64,000 nucleotides of DNA from Ginglymostoma cirratum (Eukaryota), in the NCBI GenBank assembly GCA_024137785.1, contig JAHRHZ010000013.1:49957087-50021086 (forward strand), read 5' to 3'. Shown piece after piece: positions 49,400 through 60,998 of this stretch; positions within the stretch are counted from its first letter, which is position 1, and each line of letters starts with the position of its first letter. The notes beneath the pieces were generated by a model, which was not told where the DNA came from, did not search any database, and saw only the letters and a list, made by a program, of their open reading frames with translations. Both the position numbers and the translations under genes were made by a program.

Positions 49400-51340
49400 G
49401 ATGATGAATGCTGTTAGGTTAAAAAAAAATCACACCTCTGAATGGTGTTGTGTTTGCAACAAGAAAGCGTGTCTCAGCACACTTGCCATACCCGTCTCAA
49501 AGTTGGAAGATGTTCCTAACTCTCTTTTTGCTAGCCACATGTGCAACATCAGCAGCAACCAATATAGCCTTGGCAGATTGATGCAAACTTCTGAGGAGGA
49601 GGAGGATGCCTCAGAGTGTACGGTGTCACAAACGTGCTCTGCACCGAGCATAGTTACATGGGCTTTGGTGGGCATGCACTGTTCTGCTGCAAGACAAAAA
49701 CACATTGGTGAGAATACATCACGGTTGCATGAACATGTGTCAGAGGACTGCAGGAAGTGATCTAGTTGGTGAGTTTCAGGATGACGATGCGCCACTGGAG
49801 TCATTTGTTGGACAGCAGATGCTGGATGTAAAGTTGAAAGTTTGTCAAGATGTGACAGGGCTTCAAAAAGAGTTGCATGTAATGTTATGGATATTGGAGG
49901 AGCCCCTGTAGGTCATGAGCACTGTGATCACTTGCTCTTCAAAACACATGGTTTCCTCTTTCGAGAGACTAATGTCTGTCATTGGAGGACCACGCACAAC
50001 AGCTGACTTATGGCGTACTGGATATGTATTCTGACTTAGCTCTTGTCTGAGTTCTGGAGCCCAGTTCCAGGGCAAGAGGGGAAATGTAGAGCCTGAAATC
50101 ACATAATGATCCTTATCCATCTTTGGAAAGGAGGGAGAGGGCCAGGTGGACCTGAAGGCAGCAAGTGAACAGTTGCTGATGCCATCAGGGGCATTGTTCA
50201 GGACATTTTGATGAGGAAAATTACTCCTTCTGTCCATGGTATAGCACTCCTCCTCCTCCAACTCTCTGCTACTGGCATCAGGTGCCATGGTGCCACTGTG
50301 CACAAGACTCCCACCATCCCAGGCAAAAAGGAATAAGTGTCAGCAGCACTTGTCTCCAACATAGCTAACAGTGGTGGGGGATAGTACTAAATAACACAAC
50401 TAGGAAAATCATCAGGAAAACTCCACATTAGCTATATATGTTATTTGTGAAATGTGACAATTGCTCTGAACTGTTTACATACACAACTGTTATGATCAAA
50501 TAATTGTCTGACTACATGTGACCATTATCTCTGATGTCTGGGTCTGGATTACTCCGATGCTAATGTGGGGGTCTGTGATGATTTGGATTCCTTTAATATT
50601 ACTGAACTAATTCACATTATCTCTACATGGTCCAGGTGTTCATGTCAGAGAGCTGTGAAGAGAAGTCACCAAGGGCTAGGAAGATGCTATGGAGGTGGAC
50701 ACACGGCTACTGGGGTTTTCTGAGTTTCAGAGCTTCACTGGTCACATGCACAGACCAGCTTGTACAGCTTCCTGCTGAGACTCACTCTCCTCTTCAGAGG
50801 ACTGGGCTGTCTCCATCAATTCCTTCCCAGACATAGGTTCCCCTCGTTTTTAGGGCTAGCTTTCACAATGCATAGCAAACAATTACCAAAAGAACACTCT
50901 GGCTGCTGCATTTTGAAAAGTGAAACCTGGTCTATTCAAGCATCTTGAACAAACCAATGGTATACCCCAAGGGGAGTCCTTTGTACTGATGCAGCCAGCC
51001 ATCCAAAGCTTCTGGGCTGGTGAATATTCCTGGGACCCGGGAGTGCCTGAGGATGTATGCGTCATGACTGCTTCCCGTGTAACATGTACACATCTCAATA
51101 GTTCTTTGATTGCAAGTGCGCACAATCCCTGGCTCCACAACTGATATCCCTTCTCTCTTTGCACCTCAGAGCACACATGCTCTTGTCTGGCAGTTCTCTT
51201 CCTCTTCCATTTCATAGCAGGAGATGCCTCCAGCAGAATGTACAAATTCCCATGGGAGACACGGTTCTTAGCATAAATGGTGCAGTGCTCAATGATGATG
51301 AGAGCATTATTTTCAGTTCCTTCCCTGAGGAATTAACCTG
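49400..51340. mobile_element. Decayed two-gene Harbinger transposon: HARBI1-like DDE transposase relic (minus, about 50800-51340) and convergent partner-gene relic (plus, about 49540-50300)
   Basis: Minus: CTCYTGSSHDAYILRHSRVPGIF..LDGWL..KGLPL..TIGLFKM (DDE_Tnp_4-like). Plus: EEEEDASE.., DDDAPLES..QQMLDV resembles recalled shark Harbinger partner C-termini. Confidence 0.75.
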
Positions 51341-51799
51341 AATCAAACAAAAATGATATGTAAAGCACAATTTCCAGTCTCAACAGAGCTGCTTGCTAAA
51401 ATTAGGCATGGTCTCAACTGAAGCTATACAGCAGTCTCTGAAAAAAAAAATCTAACTGCATCCCAGTTGTGTGTTTCATGCATCGACCACATTATGGCAT
51501 GGGCAACCTTTTATCCCAGAAAATAGGCTCCAAATATGTTAATTGCTTATCAATTAGGCTTATCAAAAATAGAGGAGGTCTGACAATTTCAGAGACAATT
51601 CGCTTAACACATTAAAGGCAGACCGATGTGATGACTCCAGGTTTGTAATCCAAAGTCATCAAGCCAAACGTAGCATGTTGGCCAGACTACACTAGTGCCA
51701 CTTTTACCACTTGAATTTCCCCAATATTCCAAAGAATTCTCAGCATAACATGACCAAGCTGCTAAAGGAAAGATTAATCTGTGCATGGGTTGACTTTAC

Positions 51800-52400
51800 T
51801 AACTTAATCCTGAAACGTTAGCTCAGGTCAGACAGGAAATTACATTTATGCTCGACAACGGCATCAATGAACCAGTCAAAGTAAATGGAGTTCTCCAGTC
51901 ATGCTAGGTCCAAAAGTAGATAGGTCACCAAGTGTTTGCATTGATGATAGAAAAATGAATGCTGTAAAAAATAAACTTCAATCTAATTATCTGACATTGA
52001 TGGTGTGGAAAATTTAGACTTTATTAGCAAGATCATATTTGACAAAATCGTATTTACAAGTTCTATTAATACATTAAGTCAAAGGCATCCCAACTTTTGC
52101 AACTCTTGATTGACACTATAAATGTAAGGTGATGCCATCTGAAATAAGAACGCACCCACTACCTTTCAAAGATTGTCAGATTACCCAACTTTGTTAAGTA
52201 TATCAATGTTCTTCTCAATGTTGACATAGACCAGTAGACCATGTAGAACACATAAGTGTAATATTTGTTAGACTACAGAAAGCTGATTTGTTAATACGTT
52301 TGGTGAAGATTGAGTTTGCCATGGCCAAAATTGCCTATTTGGGACAGGTCACGGGGCAAGGTCAAATGTTGTTCAGAAACGCTAAAGTTTAAATAATAAT
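51800..52400 (+). mobile_element. Gypsy LTR-retrotransposon RT relic
   Basis: LNPETLAQVRQEITFMLDNGINEP / KWSSPVMLGPKVDRSPSVCIDDRKMNAV, KNAPTTFQRL, RLQKADLLIRLVKIEFAMAKIAYLGQVTGQG. Confidence 0.88.
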
Positions 52401-52547
52401 GGATTTTGTTGTTCCCTTTTGCCTGTGTTATTCCTTAAGAGGCTAAGAGATGGGAAAGCTTTTAGAAATAACAGGGTGAGACAAAATTAACAGTCACTTA
52501 GACATGTGTGGATGAATTTTGGAAAGTTAACACGTATTAGTTAAAGA

Positions 52548-52840
52548 GAGAGGCAATGGCCCGGTGGTATTAACACTGAACTACTAATTCAGAGAGACAC
52601 AGCTAATATTCTGGGGACCTGGGTTAAAATTCTGTGTGGCAAATGGTGGAATTTGAATTATTGATTGTTGGGGAAAAAACAAAACTATCTGTTTCACGCG
52701 TGTCCTTTACGCACATTTTGTTCTGCCATATTTACCTGGTCTGGCCTAAGTGACTCCAGAACCACAGCAATCTGGTTGACTCTTAACTCCCTTTGGACAA
52801 TTAGTGATTAGCCATATTCTATGAATGAATTCCAAAAAAA
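52548..52840 (+). mobile_element. Second copy of the family B-derived tRNA-headed SINE
   Basis: Collinear with the reverse complement of 47430-47745. Confidence 0.82.
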
Positions 52841-52841
52841 A

Positions 52842-53968
52842 TGCAAATCATGTTTAAATAATTTGATTGAGTTTAATGAGAAGGTGCCAGAGTGTATTGA
52901 TGAAGGTCATGCTACTGAGGTGCTATACATGAACTTCCAAACGGTATTTGAAGAAGTTCCATGAATTAGGTTAGTCAACAAAGTTAAAGGTTATGGAATA
53001 GAAAAAGAAAACAAACATATTGATACAAAGCTGGCCAAATAATGAGGCACTTAGTGTGAACTTTAGTTCAGACTGGGTCAAGTAGTACATCAGAGTTTCC
53101 CAGGAGTTGACATTCAGGGCACTGTTTGACAAGACATGTACATAATATTGTCAAAGCAGAATCACCATCAGCCAGAAATGCCAAGTGGATGATTCGTCTC
53201 CACCTTCTGAGATTTCTAGTGTCATGGACACCAGTCTTCAATGATTTCAATTCATTCAATACGATATAAGGAAATGGCTGAAGGCACTGGAAACTGAAAA
53301 GGCTAAATTCTGTTAATAGTACTGAATAACTATGCCACAGAACTAGCTGTGCCCACACTGGTATCGAATTGGCAATGGGAATAATTGCCCATGTCCATCC
53401 TATCCAGGAAAAGCAGGGCAAAATTGAGCCCATTTTATTGGCACTCCATTCACCACCTTCAACATTCATTTCTTTCACCATCATTGCACAGTGGCCAGTG
53501 TGTAAGTTCTGCAAGATGCATTGTAGCAAATCACCAAGAATTCTTCAACAGCACCTTCAAACCTGTGAACTCTACCACTCAGGATGACAAGGGTCGTAGG
53601 TGCATGGGAACAACATCACTTACAAATCTTCCTCCAAGTCATGCACCATCGTGACTTGGAAATATATCAATGTTCAGCCTACTTCCTGACATAAAAACTT
53701 AAAACTTCAGATAAAGCAGTCAAAAGAATTCTTACAGATTTAAAAATACAATTTACAGCTAAAAGGCTTCTTAGAGGCTTACAACTAACATTGAAAAATA
53801 TTGACAATGTCACAACCTTAAAAAAAAACTTGGATGAGCACTTTAAATGTCATATCATTCAAAACTATGGGTCAAGTGCTGGAAAGTAGGACCATGTAGA
53901 TTTAGAGTTTCCACAGCCAGACTTGATGGACCAAAGAGCCTCTGCTGTACTTTATGATTCCATGATTG
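52842..53968 (+). mobile_element. Mosaic of CR1 RT remnant (52842-53135), family B fragment (53140-53680) and CR1 3' tail (53770-53968)
   Basis: KSCLNNLIEF, VLYMNFQTVF; homology to 30050-30290; tail ctgtactttatgattccatgatt. Confidence 0.7.
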
Positions 53969-54559
53969 ACTGTTCAAAGGATGCTGCCTGTTTAACTGGA
54001 GTGCCTTCCTTTGGGAAAAGGAACAAGTTGTGTTCTGTCTCATGGCAGATCTGTGATATACTTTAAATCTTCACTCAGTTACGTTTGGTCCAAGGAGAAG
54101 AAACCAGTTTCTCTAATCTAACTTTGTAGCTCAACCTTGGAATCATAATGCTAAATTTCCTTTGTTGCCTCCCAAAGATTCTCACATCCTCCCTGAAGCG
54201 TGGTGAACAGAACTAGACACAATTTTCTGCTGCTGCTGCTGACAGTAGCTACTTCTGCAGCAAATCTGCTGCCATGGTATGCCATATTTTTCTGCATTTC
54301 ACCATACTTACATATCCACTGCAGCTCATTTTTAACCACACAGTGACACTCCTTATCTATTATACTCTGATTGACCCCTCTTTGTGTTACCCATGAGATT
54401 GCCTCCTAGAAGTGATCTCTGCAATGTTTTGTGTTGGTCAAATAGCCAAAATACTGACACTCTATTTTCTGAAAGTTGCTTTTTAGAATTGGTTTCTGAT
54501 TTTTCAATTCAAAATATTTCTACATTTGTCTTTTGGTCTGTACATTGCTAAAATAAAAA

Positions 54560-55420
54560 TCATATATCTAAGCATCCACATTTCAAAGACTTCTATTTTC
54601 TTCTGCAGGTCTTTACTAATTGTCTAGGTTTATGAGGCTTAAAGTTGATAGATTATAGAATCCTATGGCTATTTTCTTGTTACAATCTTGGGTTTTCATG
54701 TTATTAACACATCCTTCACAAATTTATTCTGGTTATCTCTATCCTTCTTCTATCCTTTATACCACATCTGAATTCTCATTTGTCCGAAAGAGACACATGC
54801 AGTTCCAGTGTGACACTATCCACTTCAATGTCACTCCAGCTTCCTCTAAAGTATCCATTTTAACCACCATGTTTTTGTTTTTATGGTGTTCATTCTCAAT
54901 CCATGTTCTAAATCTCTCAATTTTATTTGATCTGTGATATTTTACAGTCTCTTCCCATTTTGCAAGCAACAGCATAACAGAAGCATGCTACATATTTATG
55001 TTTTGCCTTAGTTATTACCCTTGCACTTTCACCCATTTTTCTGACTATTTGTTCTGTGTACAGGTTGATTTTTTTCTAACAGTACACAACATATGAAGAT
55101 TATCTCTTTTCTTAACTGATGCTCATTATTTCAAGTCTATGTGAGCTCTGAATGATTCTCACATCTTTACTACTAATGTCACAATTTAGCAACACATCTA
55201 TTAACTTCTGATGATATCCAATCAAATGTTTCATTTAACTATATGTAAATGATCTTGTTTACTTCCAGAGCCTTATAAAGATTCAGCACACTTCTCTGGT
55301 TTCATTCCCAATGCTACATTATGGAGTTCAAGATCCCTTTTTAAATACTCTTAATATGTCCCACAACCTTCTATCACACTTCAAACTTTGTGAATACCAT
55401 ATCATTTTGTTCTTCTGTAT
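54560..55420 (-). mobile_element. Possible I/Nimb-clade LINE relic with RNase H-like segment
   Basis: Minus frames WE*NQRSVLNLYKAL and VTLKWIVSH....NENSDVV resemble WGA..LLNLYKAL and WVPAH.G..GNE.AD. Confidence 0.45.
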
Positions 55421-55784
55421 GTTTGATGGGAATTTTTAAAAAAAAAGATTATTAAAGGACTACTGCATGTTTCTTTGAAAGCAGGTAACCTGACACTTCT
55501 GTAAACACTACTAACACAACCATTTGTTCAAGCAATAGTGGAAGTTTTAGTCAAAGATGAGCTGGACCGAATGGTGTGTATAAATGGACATTCAGATGAC
55601 ACAAGTAGCTGATTGGTCTCAGTACTAATGATCAGTTATTGATGACAAAGGCTTTCCACCAACAAACTACCATGTGATTGGTTTTCAGGTAGCTGAACAG
55701 CTTGGGATTATGAACAAGAGAACACTTCAGACTTAGAGCTTTCTCTCTTGTCTGCAGTGAAAACCACAAATCCCCAAGAAAATT

Positions 55785-56320
55785 AGAGATAAAAGGTACT
55801 GCAGATGCTGGAGAATCCGAGATAACAAGCATGGGGCTGGATGAACANNNNNNNNNNNNNNNNNNNNNNNNNNNNNNNNNNNNNNNNNNNNNNNNNNNNN
55901 NNNNNNNNNNNNNNNNNNNNNNNNNNNNNNNNNNNNNNNNNNNNNNNNNNNNNNNNNNNNNNNNNNNNNNNNNNNNNNNNNNNNNNNNNNNNNNNNNNNN
56001 NNNNNNNNNNNNNNNNNNNNNNNNNNNNNNNNNNNNNNNNNNNNNNNNNNNNNNNNNNNNNNNNNNNNNNNNNNNNNNNNNNNNNNNNNNNNNNNNNNNN
56101 NNNNNNNNNNNNNNNNNNNNNNNNNNNNNNNNNNNNNNNNNNNNNNNNNNNNNNNNNNNNNNNNNNNNNNNNNNNNNNNNNNNNNNNNNNNNNNNNNNNN
56201 NNNNNNNNNNNNNNNNNNNNNNNNNNNNNNNNNNNNNNNNNNNNNNNCCCGAAACGTCAAGTTTTCCTGCTCCTATGATGCTGCTTGACCTGCTGTGTTC
56301 ATCCAGCCCCATGCTTGTTA
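55785..56320. mobile_element. PLE insertion with inverted terminal repeats, centre lost in 400-N gap (55848-56247)
   Basis: Left arm is minus-oriented pLTR, right arm plus-oriented (cccGAAACGTC retained); TSD CCCAAGAAA[A/G]TT at 55773-55784 and 56321-56332. Confidence 0.88.
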
Positions 56321-56349
56321 CCCAAGAAAGTTATTTTATTTTCCCTTAA

Positions 56350-56725
56350 ACAATTTCTGTAAGCTGTTCACTCACTCCCCTGTGGTGCAATGTGACCACA
56401 ATATATGCTATCAATCTGCAAGATGCACTGCAGCAACTCACCAAGCCATTTTGTTTTCCACCATGCTTCAAACCAATGACATCTACCACACAAAAACACA
56501 TGGAAACATCATCACCTCCAAATCCCATATTAGTACACTCCCGACATGTTAGGAATTACAATCATATTGCTATTCCCTTATTGTCACTGAGTGATAACAC
56601 TGGAACTCCTTACCCAGTAACACAATTGGATTACCTACACTACATAAACACACTGCCAACCTCAAGGACAATTATGGACGCGCAATAAATGCTAGGCTTG
56701 TCGGCAAATACCATATCTTGTGATT
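56350..56725 (+). mobile_element. Family B LINE 3' fragment
   Basis: Collinear with 30080-30460; gcaataaatgctaggc tail. Confidence 0.75.
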
Positions 56726-57976
56726 TAAAAAAATTAAGAATTAGTAAAATAATGAAGAGGCTAAGATGATACATAAATCAGAAGGTGGAGATGGTTATAC
56801 AAACCATCAAAGAATAGGCAAAAAAGCTGTTATATTAGAGAAAGTAGACTACGAGCATAACCTAACATGGTTTGCAAAAGCAGGTTGTACGTGTTTCCCC
56901 AATATGGAAAAGAGGTTTAGCAAAAGAAAACATGAGCATGTTACCGTAGAAGTTAAATTGGGGATAACAAATTGGCAAAGACTTTAAACAAATCATTTTC
57001 TCTTCGTAGTGGAAGACACAAAAACTATGATAGGAAACCAATGGTCTAAAGAGAAGAAATACTCGAGAAAACAAACGACTAAAAATTGACAGAGCTATCA
57101 AATTCCCCAGCTGCAGAATTTAACAAATGATGGGGTTTCCCAAAACACCCCCAACTACCTGTCAGCCAATTGTCTAGATATAGGATTTCTGCCCTTCACC
57201 CAGCGAAGGTCCTGCCTCAGAGAACTGCCAGCCAATTTGCATGACTGGCAGCTAAGCAGTCTCTGGCAGTGCCACTGTGAGCAGTAGATCGCAAAGAATA
57301 CTGCATGCTGCAAAGTGTCAGCGAAGAAAGCTTCAAAAAGCTTATAATAAAAATACCTGCAGTACTGATACTTGTTTGATCTGTACAGCTTTATTAAATA
57401 TTAATTTGCATATTTATTTCTAGATTTATTTCTGTACATCTGGAAGTAAAATTTCTGTAACTATTGTTTCTCTCCATAGTTTCTGATGGTTTATTAACAA
57501 AACCCTGGAGGGAAAATGGAAAAGATTCCTAAGGAAACCCTCACCCGGGATGCTTTGTTTACTACGTAAGAAAAGAATAACTGATCGCAATATATTTTAA
57601 ACATAAAGTAACTCTTCTTTGGCACAGCACTTGCAGAGTAAATGCTTAGTAAGTTTTCAGTCTTGGATTTTACCATTGTACTGAATGGTGAACAATGTGA
57701 GATTTGTGCTTGCTGTATAACAATTAGCCAATCTTAAGTGAATGCAGAAGGTCTTTGAGCTCTATTTTTTAGAGCACTACATATTGGACAATTTGGCTGC
57801 AGACAATATCCTGTTGTGTCGAGGAACTATCCAGAAGGACTGGCTGATTGCTATACTAGAATCTTTTAGCTGGATCAATGACATTGGCATCAAAACAACA
57901 TGTAAATATGCTCAGATTTATCCAGCCCACCAAAGAAAAAAGGGGTAATCTAGCATAGCCAACTACCCCATACACC

Positions 57977-58068
57977 AGAGATAAAAGGTACTGCAGATGC
58001 TGGAGAATCCGAGATAACAAGCATGGGGCTGGATGAACAGAGCAGGTCAAGCAGCATCATAGGAGCAG
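57977..58068 (-). mobile_element. 92-bp PLE 3' tail, truncated before the hammerhead
   Basis: TSD CCCCATACACC at 57966-57976 and 58069-58079; first 63 nt identical to 55785-55847. Confidence 0.92.
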
Positions 58069-58539
58069 CCCCATACACCCAAATCAGTTTCCTGCCAACC
58101 ATAACTAAAAAAGCAGGAGTCACAGTATGGTAATCACGGGACACTGGCTTACCAACAATCTGCTAACTGATACTCAGTTTAAGTTCTGCCACCAAAAAAA
58201 TTGCATGAAAGCATTTAGAAGATTAAGTGTCCCTCCAAAATTGCTATGTGTAGTGTCAGTTTATCTGCCTAAAAAAATCTACTTTTACCCATTATTACAA
58301 CAACAGCATGAACAAAACTTCAACAATCCATCAGTACTTTTGTGAATTCTTCAATATAACTTAGGCCACATTATACATCAATAAATATACTTATCTATAC
58401 AGCATTTATATTATGCACTTAATAATGGGCATTGCACGGATATGTTAACATTACGTATTATGCAAATCATAGACTATCTCGACAATACCATGCCATTGGT
58501 TCTACATTCTATAGCATTCACAGATCCTACAGTGTCTAA

Positions 58540-58993
58540 GCCATCCTTCCCAAGCAGATTCACAACGGAATCAAAATGAATATTCAAGATCAAGTTGATA
58601 TGGTCTGATGTTGTGGCCTCCTCTGCCAGATTTAGGAGAAGAGGACTGTCTTCCTCTGCAAAAATCCTGTCTTCTAGATTTCTGTCTGCAAAGTAGGGCA
58701 TCAATTCCCCTTTATCTGCCAAGTCCAGGGCAAATATCATGAATGGTGTATAGCAACTCTGGACTGACAATGGCCCTTTAAAGATGGCACCAACTCTAGG
58801 AATTAGGAGCAGCCACTACCCCTACCCCGAGTAGGGGAATCAGGTTGGCATCAGACAGGCAGGTTGTCATAAGGCTGAGGTCCATTGTTAATAAGGCAAC
58901 TTTGGGATGAGAGCATAGGTCCCACAGAGGGCAACTTTCCAGAAAACTCAACAAAAATGACACTTAAATCGATTTTATTGTAAAATTCAGCCC
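58540..58993 (-). mobile_element. Harbinger end with Myb/SANT relic
   Basis: TIR-like GGGCTGAATTTTA at 58981-58993; minus frames KGELMPYFADRNLE / QRKTVLFS*IWQRRPQHQT. Confidence 0.55.
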
Positions 58994-59199
58994 AAGAATT
59001 GTCTATGTAGAAGATTAGGCAATGGATATGCTTACAAGTGGTACTCTTCTGATTCAGGTCGAATGTAGCTTGGTTTTCTTTCCTTTATGAGGAGTGCAGA
59101 TGGGGCATCACTAGTAAATATGCATTGTCTTCCATTTGGGTCCCGATTTGTTTGCAAACTCTATTTTGAACCAGGACTCCATGTTCAGAACCCTTTGCA

Positions 59200-60025
59200 G
59201 TTTCTCAGATTCTGAAACAGTCTCTGTCTATTTGCATCAAGATGTGGACACCATCACAGGTTGACCACATCAATGGCAGGTCACATTTACACTACATAAG
59301 TACCAGACAATGACTATGTCCAAAAGAGAATCTAACCACTGACATTCAATGGGGATACCATCACTGAATTTCATACCATTAACATCCCAGAGTTTACCGT
59401 ATACCAGAAACTGCACTATAGACACAGTGGTTATAAGAAGAGGTCAGAGGTTAGGAATTCTACAATGAGTAATTCACTTCCCTTCTCTCCACAAGATGTC
59501 CACCATCTACAAGGCAGAAGAGTGTGATTAAATATTCACTACTTGCCAGGATCAGCACAGCTCTAACAGCACTCAAGAACTTGACACCATCTAAGACAAA
59601 GCAACCTGTTTGATGGGCACCCCATTTGCTGCCTTTAACATTCACTTTCATCACTACTGACAGTGAGTGGTGTGTACCAACTTGCAGCAATTCACCAAGA
59701 CTTCTCTGATAGCACCTTCCAAACTCACAAGCTATACTACCTAGACAGAGCAGGGAAGCAGGAATACCAGCACCTGAAAGTCCCCTTCCAGGGCATGCTT
59801 TGTGCTAACTTTGAACTTTATTGCTGTTCCTTCACTGTCGTTGGGTCAAAATTCTGCAACTCTTCTGAACAGCACTCTGGGTGTCCCTACGACCCAAGAA
59901 CAGCAGTAGCTCTAGAACTGCGGTAGTTCTAGAACACAGCTCACCACCACTTTCTGCAGGGCTAGTATGGATCATCAATAACGCCAGTCTCAGTGACATC
60001 CACATCCCATGAACAAACAAAAAGA
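59200..60025 (+). mobile_element. Family B LINE RT C-terminus and 3' tail
   Basis: Collinear with 29630-30460; ends cacatcccatgaacaaacaaaaa. Confidence 0.85.
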
Positions 60026-60399
60026 ACGAGAGTGATTGAGAAAAGCCAACTTGAGCCAGAGAAATTCATTCCTGGAATCTATTTGTCATTTCACAATCAC
60101 TGAAACATGTATAATTCTATCATTTGTACTTCTACCATTTTACCTGTTACATTCTTATTTTTTTCTCTGTCATCTCCTTATGTTCCCATATGTAAGTGCA
60201 ACTATATGTTGGCAATGTGCTTATGTCATGAGTAGTTTGCAAAAATATTTACATCTTACCTTTGAGTTTTTGAAATACTCTGAAGTATTGCAGCTTCTTT
60301 TATTATTTCATCAGGTCCTTTTTCCGTGATTGCTCCAATATTCATCACCTCAGTCATGGATTTTCATTTGAGATATTTCTTTTGCATTTTTAATACGAC

Positions 60400-60660
60400 T
60401 TAACTGCACTTTGGAGGTATTACTTTTTAGCCAAGACCAAGGCTCCACCTATTTGCTCAGTTGGGTAAATGATCCAATGGCGAAACAAAATCTGGGTAAT
60501 GTGCTAGCCAATATTTATCCCACTACTAATATCTCAAAGCTGATTACCTCATCATTATTGCATTGCATGAAAGATTGTTGTGTGCAAATTTACTTTTCTA
60601 GTCTTTAAATTTACTGGCTGTAAAGCACTCCAGAACGCATTAAAAATCATGAAAAGTAAG
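60400..60660 (+). mobile_element. Deu-domain SINE remnant (SacSINE1/AmnSINE1-like)
   Basis: ctgcactttggaggt, gccaatatttatccc, tgtgtgcaaatt and ctggctgtaaagcact match the recalled Deu core; a second partial copy at about 60690-61100. Confidence 0.6.
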
Positions 60661-60775
60661 TTAGTTGGCACTCATTTTTACTATAAACCACTAATGCAAA
60701 TTATCCCATCATCCTTCATTGTTGATTGTGATCTTTATTGTGTGCAAATTGGTTGCTACATTTTTTATTGCATTA

Positions 60776-60998
60776 AGCTAAAGTTGCCATAGCCTTATGA
60801 GGCCGTAGGGCTGCTCTCTCATTAGAGAGAGATCACTGATGGTGGTTTAACCTGAGGTCACCATGTATCAGGCAAGGGGAAAGTTTGAGAAGGAGAGTTG
60901 TTCATGGTAACCTCAGCTTGTGCAGGAATTAAAATCAGGCTGTTGGAGTCACTCTGCATCACAAACTAGACATCCAGCCAACTGATCAGACTGGCCAT
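60776..60998 (-). mobile_element. tRNA-derived SINE nested in the second Deu remnant
   Basis: Minus strand begins with a tRNA-like head (gatcagttggctggatg...ttttaattcc); flanks tttattgcatta / tttattacatta are TSD-like. Confidence 0.55.

Noticed and set aside
55632-56349. Four long ORFs
   Set aside because: Read-through of the N gap.
59905-59935. 9-bp hairpin tctagaact/agttctaga
   Set aside because: By-product of a small tandem duplication within a decayed LINE tail.
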